Source: Candidatus Multiplicimicrobium inquinatum
GTDB lineage: Bacteria; Omnitrophota; Omnitrophia; Omnitrophales; Aquincolibacteriaceae
Length of the DNA: 62,604 bases
Direction of reading: 5' to 3'
Assembly (NCBI GenBank): GCA_002344825.1
Contig: DDUN01000034.1
Coordinates: 15,171 to 77,774, forward strand
How positions within the stretch are numbered: position 1 is the first letter of the stretch; each line of letters begins with the position of its first letter. Positions 1 to 9,000 of the stretch are shown here, piece by piece. The position numbers and the translations under genes were made by a program. The notes under the pieces are model-generated. The model saw only the letters and a program-made list of their open reading frames with translations, made no database searches and was not told the origin of the DNA.

Positions 1-3000
1 CGCCGGACGAACTCAAAAATTGCCCCACATCAAACACTGCAACTGCAGCTGAAAGCTCAGCCTCTTCTTGTTTATCTAAAAATGAATCAAGAGCCTGAAG
101 CCTTCGCCCCCATTCAACCCACGCCTCATGTCTCTTTACATACGTCCAAATAGCTTCCGCCAAAATATCAACCATGCGGTCAACAATCTTTTCATTTATT
201 TTGTCTACCGTAAAACTGTGTCCCTGCTCTTGTCCGTAACTCTCAGCCAATGCCAGCATCTCTTCTTTGTCAGACTGGAGCAAAGCAAGGAGATCTGCAT
301 CATTTAAACCGATTTTTTCTTTCTCACGCAATTCTTGAGTATTAAACACACTACGTTCTCCATTTCCAATTTTATTGGGAATAAAACCATTCTGCTGAAT
401 AAGCTGTCTAAGCTCTGCTGCAACATTTGAAATTTCTTTTTTTACAATCTTGGCAGCCTCTGAAACATCATTGGCGGCGGCAAGAGCATTGAAAAAATCA
501 TAAGAAACTGGCTCGGTTTGAAGATACCCATTAGAGTCAAGAAAAACCCGCATTTCGGAACGAGCACGAAGCGCTTTTGAAAAACCATCAAACCACGATT
601 TAAAATTTGTATCCGTAAATGCACTATCAGACACCATGTTTGTCGGCGACACGTAAGAGCTTAAATCCGCTCTCACTTGAGCAGAAAACTCTACCGCTTT
701 ATCACTCCAAAGATCATGAAATAAATCCGCGGCAATTTGATGCGTATTGATTACCCCATTATCATTTGCAGTCGCCCATAAGGTGTATAAAAAGTAAACC
801 CGATGTTTAGCGCTATCTTCAAGATCAAATCTTGCCCCACCCAAATCAATCAAAATCATTTTTTTTCGATCTTTTTGCCAAATAAAATTTTGATACCGAA
901 TATCCGATGGGGGTTTAAAATCAAGATCTTTTCCAACCCCTAATACGGTCCTCAAGTACCCGCGATATTCATCTAATGTAAGCTCAGATTCTTCCAGAAC
1001 TTCAGAAAACTGAATTCCGTCGATAAACTCTTCTATCATCCAATGAAGCCCGTCTTGTGTTTGACCTTCTGATAAAATCATAGGGACATACTGATGGCTG
1101 ATTTTTTTTAAATCTGCCGTCTCTTCGCTGGGAATAGTCCCGGCTACCCTTTCAACCTTAAACATAAGTGAAAGCGATCTCCCTGATACACGGCCAAAAT
1201 CAATTCGAAAGCCATACTTACTCGTTCCGTCGTATCCATTAAAAATTCTAGCGGTTCCATTTAAATTTAAATCTAATTCCTCATATCCAAGCCGCCTGAA
1301 GAACTCTTTTACATTTTCTATATCCTGAAACCGTGGGGAGCGCAGAACATTCATCACTGACCGGGTCGTCGCTCCCGGAACTCCTCCGTCCAAAAATGAA
1401 AGCGTGTCAACTTCGTACCGCATTTCGGAGCGGCGCTGATCAAGTGAACTTCTTTCGGCATCCGGCCAAAGAAGCGGCCTGTTTTTCCCGGTAAAATTCA
1501 GCCTGAATTTTACCGGGTTGTCTTTGTCGCGCCGCAAAACTAAGTGAGAACGGGAAACCGAAGCGTCTTGGACAATTAAGTCATTGCTGCTGCCCCGTCC
1601 GATCAAAACTTCATTTTTATTTCGCGCGGCGGTAAACTTAGATTGTTGACCGGAAACTTGGACGATCACATCAAGTTCGCCGGCATAGCCTCCATTTCTG
1701 ATTCTCATGACGGAGTTGCTGTTTGAAAGCTGAAACAAAAACGGCAGTAAAGCAGGATCCCAAAGAATGCCTTTTTCGCCCGCGCTCTTTAAAGCGATCA
1801 TAAAAGCAAGGTTCAAATCGCGCACAAACTGATTTCGAAATGAATGGCCTTCCGCATCAAATTTTGGCTCCATCTCATACTCCTCGTTCGGATCACGACG
1901 GACGCCAAAAGCCTCAAAAGCAAGTTTCAGCACTTGCTCTTTAAGAGCGGTGGAAACACCGTACTGAACGGCGGCGGTTCTTCGCTCAAAAAAATCTAAA
2001 TTTTTGTTAAATTCAGACTCCGGGTTCGCATCATTTAAATTGAAGTAATCGTAATATTGGGGAAGATCGGCTAAAAACTCTGTGTTTTGCATGCCATATC
2101 CCAACAAACTATCAAGCATAGACTTCGCAAACCACTTACCCGCATCATATTCTTTGCGTGCACGCAAAACACTAAGCACAGCGTGAAAGCGCTCAACCGG
2201 AAATTCCCGCATGAAAAGGGGGTAATTGCTGAATGGCCCTGGAAAACCGGCCGCCGACCATTCCTCTGTCTTATTTTTAGTACCTTGGCTTAAATCCACC
2301 ACCCAGTCAGCAATTTCTTCGGGCGATTGATCCGCCACGCGCATTTCGGAGCGCCCCTTCGACCTGGCTACGATCACATACGGAGGTGTTTTTTGGCCGA
2401 CTCCAAAACCGGTTGTTCCGCCATCGACAAACATCGCTGATTCGATACTATTGCGGGAAAGCCAGGCGTGAAGCTCCGTCATAAATGAATCTGTGGACAT
2501 CCCCATTTTTCCCATAAAATCAGGTCCGTAAAACTCCTTGAAGAAAAATCTGCCTAAGCGGTCATATCCAATCGCAACGCGCCGCCCCCCCTGAAGCCCC
2601 TTATGCCAAACTTCAATTCCCAGGTTGAGATCTTCCCCGATTTTGATCCAAGGTCCGGCCTGAAATCCGATCGGGTACAACTGCACTCCATAAAGTTCAG
2701 GATTTTCAGCATATTTTTGGTAGTCAAAAATATGCGGCCTGCCGGTACCATCAATAAAAAACATCGCTTTAGCCATCGCTTTTTCCGAGAGGTTGTGATT
2801 AAAATCAACGATAGGTTCTTCTTCCTGAAGTCTCAAAAATCCGGTGGGCTGCTTATCTTCTAAAAAGAAATTTGCGGGTGAAATAATTTGAGCGTCGGAA
2901 TCATTTTGCGCGTCTTCAAAACGCATGACCTCAATATTCCAAGACCGAAGATCAAAAAAGAGATCTCCCGAAGATGTGGTTGACGCTAAATCGGGCGAAT

Positions 3001-6000
3001 TGATGCCGATATTGACTTGCTTGAGACCATAATTAGCTACAAGTCCACCCGTTCCAATGCCAGCCGCGAACAGCAAAGACCGACGGATAGCTTCCCGGCG
3101 AGTTAGCGGCTGAGCAACTCCACGTGCTTCAGAGCGCGCGGAAACAACCTCTTTTTCACTTCTTGGTTTTGGCGCAAAAGCCTCCCTGGGTAAAAATCCT
3201 TTAGCGAAAACTCGCCCCAAAGCGAATTCTTTTCCATACTTTATTTTTCCAAAAATAAGCATTGCGAAAAAAATCAAAATTGGAGCTTCAATAACCATCA
3301 CAAGTTCTGCTGTGGTTAATCTGCCAATGAGGATATTGGTTCCTATCCATTTATTAGCTAACTCAACCCCAACAACCGAATACGCGTACACGGATCCGGA
3401 TAAAGCCAAAGACATTGAAGATCTTCCGACAGCTGTTGTCATATTCGAATAGCTTGACGGAGTCTTTTTAAAATTGAATATTGCTGCACGGAAAAGTGCT
3501 CCTATCAAATAAAGCACCGCTCCGGCAAAGAAGACCTGCACAGGAAGCCCTCCGTCGGGCGCAATACGGGCAGCCCACTGCGCAAACGGTAAAGCAATTT
3601 CTCTTTGATACCAACTTAAATTAGCAGAAGGGACTTGGTTTTCAACTTGTGCTAATTCAGACGAGAAAACTTCAAGCGGAACCGTAGCAACCAACTCAGA
3701 CTCAACGGCCGACGGTGTCCGAGCAACCGCGGGTAAATCCTGACGCGCGACCGCAGGCTGATCAAGAGTCGGAAACAATAAACTTTCCTCAAGAAACCCT
3801 CTTTCAGAATCCCACTTAGGAAGAGCCAGAATTTCATCCACGCTCGCCACTCTCGAACTTGTATTAGCTTGAGGCTCAGAAACAGCGGTCGCGAGCACAA
3901 CATTCCAGCCCTGTCTCCCGCCGTAGCCGAAGGTGTGATCTTTGATCGCGTCCGCTATCTCTTGCTTTTTTGAAGCCGGGCTCGGTTTTGTCCGAAAATA
4001 TTTGTCATTGAAAACTCCATCCTCAAGGTTTTGTGCCATATCCCGAAGGGTATCTCCGTTTTTTGCCATTCTTGACTTTACACGCTTCTCTTTTACAAAA
4101 AAGAAAAATGCATCCAACTCATAATCATCCATAAGGTCAAGTTGCATCACTCGATAAGCTAGGGCTCGGGCAATATATTCCGCCTGAAGACCAGCATCGT
4201 TTGGAAACCTCTTGATCGCCGCCTCCCGTAACTCAACAATCGCTTTGTAAGAAGGCTGACTTTCCCCCTGCGATGTTAGCTCAAGTTTTTTAGCAAGAAA
4301 CTCCTGGTCAATTCGGCGGACATCTCCTTCTTTGGAGGGATATCCAAGCCAGGTCATCACATGATCTCCCAGGGTTCTGGAACGCGTTACTTCATGCTGA
4401 AAAATACCTTTGGCAATATCAATCGAAGGATGCCCGGCTTCCTTCCAATTCTTCTGATCGGCATACTGAAAAAGTCCCGACTCCATTCCGGTTTGAAATA
4501 GGGCAAGGTCGTGAAGGTCTTTCTTCTCTTGTTCGCTCGCGGAAGGGTAAATTTGATCGATCACACTCATAATCGAACCGGAAACAAGTTTCGCGTTTTC
4601 ACTAAAATTTCGGCTGCCTAAATTGGCTTCAACCTGCAAAGCCATTGCAGCCGTTTTGTCTTTTTGCTGTCCTTGCGCCAAAAAGTCTCCGACTGAAATG
4701 GCGTGCACTACCGTCATAACAAGAAAATAACCCAAAGCGAGTACGATATAAATCCAGGGCTTGATTTTTTCTTGAAGAATTTGCTCCGGTGTTCCGGGAA
4801 TTAAAACTTCAAGTCGAATTCCTTCTTTGACCCCAACCTTCTTCTCAGAATTTGAGGTTCCTGCGCCCCACCACTCCGTTAATGTTTGGACCGCCCCGAC
4901 CACAAGCGCAATCCCCGCAAGATAAACGCCGACAAGAGGGGCAAACTTTGCCAAAGCAATCATGATTACCGCGGCAATCGCCGCTTTCTTTAAAAAAGGA
5001 ATTACTCGCGCCTCGGAGCGGCTTGCTTCTAACGAGATAGTTTCATTCAGTTTCTGCTCAGGAGAAATCGCGCTTACATCCGCTTGCTTCTCTTCAATTC
5101 CAAGGCGCTGCAATAAAAATTGCGCTACCCATTGAAGTGTCGTTTGCGTGTTGGGATTTAAAGATGACGCCTTCAGACTTTTGATGTGGTTACGCGTAAA
5201 ATAAATCAACCCGCCGATAACACCTGCCGCAACGACCAAGGCTGTCAGATAAGGCGCAAAAGCAAACACCGCCGGTAGAATCAACCCCAAACCACCCACT
5301 GCTCCAAGCGCCCCAAGCAACACCGGGACGACATAAGCTTGTTCTGATGAGTCTCTCTCTATTTGAGGATTGAGCCGCAGCATGTCGCCGATAATTTCTC
5401 TTTTCAAACTATCACTGTACTCTGCTTCAAGACGGGCAAGCCCGATTGTAATTCGGCTGACCAACTCACCTTCAAATAAGTGCTTTCTTCCAAATGCTGT
5501 GGTAAGCGCCTCGGCATCCCCATATCGCTGCTCATTGACCGCAGTAATCATTTTCTGAATTTCTTCAAAAATAGAGTCAGGGTCAAAGTCCTCATCCCGT
5601 ATTTCAGAGCGCGCAGGAGTTAGTTCATACAGCCCCACTGCGTAATTTGTGGTTTTATATCCATCTGCTCTCTCAATCGTATAATTTTTTTCAGTATCCT
5701 CCCAAATCTCACCCATGCTCACTTCCGGAAGAATTAAAAATACCTTTCCATTTGGTTTCAAGTACTGAGAGGCTTCGCCAAGGAATCGGCGGAGCGTTTC
5801 AAATCCGGGGTCATTTTTTGCGAGAGCTAAGTTTCCGCCGGACGCTTCTGAATACCAAGGCGGATTCCAAAAAATAACATCAAACTTTTCTCCGTCGCGC
5901 ACGGCTGAAAAAAGATCGCTTTCACGCGCGTCAAACTCATCGCCAAGCGCCTCTTTTGCGGCTTGCACCGCGCTGGGGTTAATATCAAAACCGATAAATT

Positions 6001-9000
6001 GAATTTGTTGCGGATTGCGCACTGCGGACTGCAACTCTTTTGTTAACACCCCCGAACCAATCCCCATCTCCAACACCCGAATATTGTCATTCCCCTGTTT
6101 TCCGGCGGACTGCACTATTTGAGCAATCACTCCGCGGACCAGCCCAGTAATCTGATCACCCTTGTTGATCAAAACAGGGACGACTTGTCCCGCTTGTTGC
6201 GGTCGCATCTCAGAGCGCACATCAAACTTAGAAAATTTTTCGGCAAACCCGCGAGCCGCTATAATCGCTTTAATTTGGTCGTTACGCGGTTTATCGAAAG
6301 CTTTACTCAGTTCCGCAATCCGCCCTTGAGGAATAAGCCCTTTCATTTCCGCCCAATACTCTTCCGTCGCGCTTCCATAATCTTTCAGCTTGGCTGATGA
6401 GGCTGCTTTTAACTCTGCGGTTTGGAGTTTTTCGCCCACCAAATTTTCAAGATAAAGATAGTTTTTAACAAACCTCTCAGCTGGCAATAAATTCCAATCT
6501 TGCCGTAAAATTCTTTTTGCCGAACCTATATCAAGTTCCGCTGTTTCCTGTTGTGCCAGTTTCGAACTCGAGGCGGTTATCAGCGGAATATCGATCCTTA
6601 GAAAAGGTTGATCTTGTCCTTCGCTCAAGCGTAACGCCAACCGGCGCATAACCAGAGGCTGTCTCTGCCCCTTTATAACCCTTCTGAACCCCGACCGAGG
6701 CAATTCGACGTTAAAGAAATATTGAGGCCATAAGCGTACGAGCTCGTCTTCTACCATTTCCACAGGATTAATCGGAACGATGCTTTCGGGAACCGCCAAA
6801 ACCATGTCCAGGTCATTGATTAACCGTGTATCAATTTTTCCGTCGGCTTCGAGAGAAGCAGCAGAACCGTCGATAAAAATAACCGCCCCCGGCAAAACAG
6901 CCTGTACCGCTTGATCAACCGCAGCAAGCAAATTTTCCAAGTTAAGAATTCCGTCTTCGCTAATAACTTCTCCGGGTCGCGCTTCGGAACGAACCCGATC
7001 TGCTTCACTTCCAATTAACCCAGTAAACCATGCTGTGTTTTTTAGTTTTATAGAAAAAGCTGTAAAAATAGAAATGGTTGCGATAAATTCAATAATAATG
7101 GGTATTTTAGAAATAAGAGGATCACCAAGACCTATACCTAATAAAATAAACGAGTTTGTCAAGGAATGCATAGCCATCGGAGCAAGAAGATTTCCTGTCC
7201 GATGATAGAGATAAGCATAAGTGACCCCTGCGGAAAAAAGCTGTAAAAAAATATAGGCTGTAACAGCAATTCCACCCGCTCCAAATAAAACACCATGAAT
7301 AACAGCAAAGAGAAAAGCACTCGCACTTGCTGAAGCTAAAAATCCCATTCCTGAATCCATCATTTTCTTAAAAATTAACTTCCTAAACATTATTTCTTCA
7401 ATGATGGGCGCCAGAATAATCGAAGAAAGAATACTTGCTGTTGCTGCACTCAGCCCTAAAGCCCCCAACAAGGAAAGAGACACGGGAATCACAACGATAA
7501 GCATGAAAACTATGACGAGAGCTGGAGCAAAAACACGAATCTGCTCTCGGACAAATTGAAATTCTGTGTTTATTCTGTTTTTAAGAATCGACCCAATGTT
7601 ACTCCATGAAACAGCACCTTCCGCGGGCATTTCAGAGCGGCCCCCGAGCACCTCTTCGACAGACTCAGAACTTTGAGTCCCAGCGGAAGAGGTTAACTCT
7701 GTCCGAGCTTCGGAGCGGAAAGAAGCTGCCAGCGCCTTAAGTTCTTCTATTCCGCTAAAAATTTCTCGCGCTTCCCGAATCAACTCATTGTCTTCTCCAT
7801 CCGGAATACTCCAATTTTCTTTAAATTCACTCCATGTTTGATTTTGAGAAGCAACGGACAGCTCGAAAAAGAGCCGTTCTTTTAACTTTCCACGAAAAAA
7901 ATCCAGATCCGCAAGGATTTTCCGATTCTCAGGAGTGGCAAGTAATTTGAAGATGGCTCGTACTTGCACAGCTTCTTGATCTCCAACCGGGTCAGCTGCA
8001 TCCAGGCCCGCTTTCATTAGCGCCACTGTTTGCTCTTGTGGAGTTAAGCCATACCTGAAAATTGCCCGAAGGCCTCGCAAAGCCCGATTAAGGCTAACAG
8101 AGCCTGTCCCGCCCCATATAAGTCTTAAATTCGAAAGATCATCCAACGCATTTGAAATTATTTTGAAATCAGAGCTTGAGCCAACATCATCATCCAATTT
8201 AATTTGAAGATATTTTTGTCCGCCATTTTCTTTAACTTGAACATTTAAAAAAAGTTGATTGATTGTATAATTTTGCTGTGTCAATTCATCAAGCCACTCT
8301 ACCGGTGTAATTCGCGCGGCAAACGCGCTCAAAGCATCTGCCACATCATGCTCGCCCGGATTTTGTCGAACAACCAAGTCAAGATCGGACGCAATATCTT
8401 TAAGAGGACTTTCTTTTAAAGCCCCGCGCGCTGCTAGCAAAAAATAAATAGCAGCGCTTCCAAAAATAGTAATCGAAGTTCCGCTTTGTAGTTTTAATAA
8501 GCTTTCTTCAAGTTCTTGATCTAACCAAATTTTGATGCTTTCATTTCCAGAAGAATGTGCGATTTCATATTCTTGAACCCATGCAGGCGCTCGAAATTCG
8601 GAGCGAGATTTCAACAGCATATTTACGCTAATCGGATAAATCTCTCCTTTACTGATGGCATATTGAATCAGTTTGCTTCGTAAAGTTTTTTGAAAAACAA
8701 CCATTTCACGCAACTCGGACACAAATTGTTTAAGCACTCTATTTTCAAAAATAGTCACGCCAACAGCACCTTCATTGATCTCGCTTGAATTCACCCTGAC
8801 AATCAACCTGGCCACACTCTCTAAAAATTGTGTCTGCTCTGCGGCAACCTGTTCAGCGGCAGCAGCAGCTATGCTGACATTTGCCGTAGTGCCGGAGGCC
8901 TGATACTGAAGGTGCTTTCTCGGGAGTTTTACCCAAGTCATATTCTGAGGTGTTTTAAACTCAGTGAAGCCTGCTTGTTTTCCTATAAAAATATTCTTTA

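Noticed and set aside
3900-4520. Possible LysM-like (KNGDTLRDMAQNL) and lytic-transglycosylase-like (GMESGLFQY) motifs in the soluble stretch between the TM blocks of giant A.
   Set aside because: Each rests on a single short match without the rest of the family signature. The evidence is too weak to call without a profile search.
8400-8480. A nucleotidyltransferase-like pattern (GSAAIYFLLAARGA...DLDLVV) in giant A.
   Set aside because: It only loosely resembles the GG.VRD.LLG...D.D motif of CCA-adding and poly(A) polymerases, and I saw no other supporting motif.
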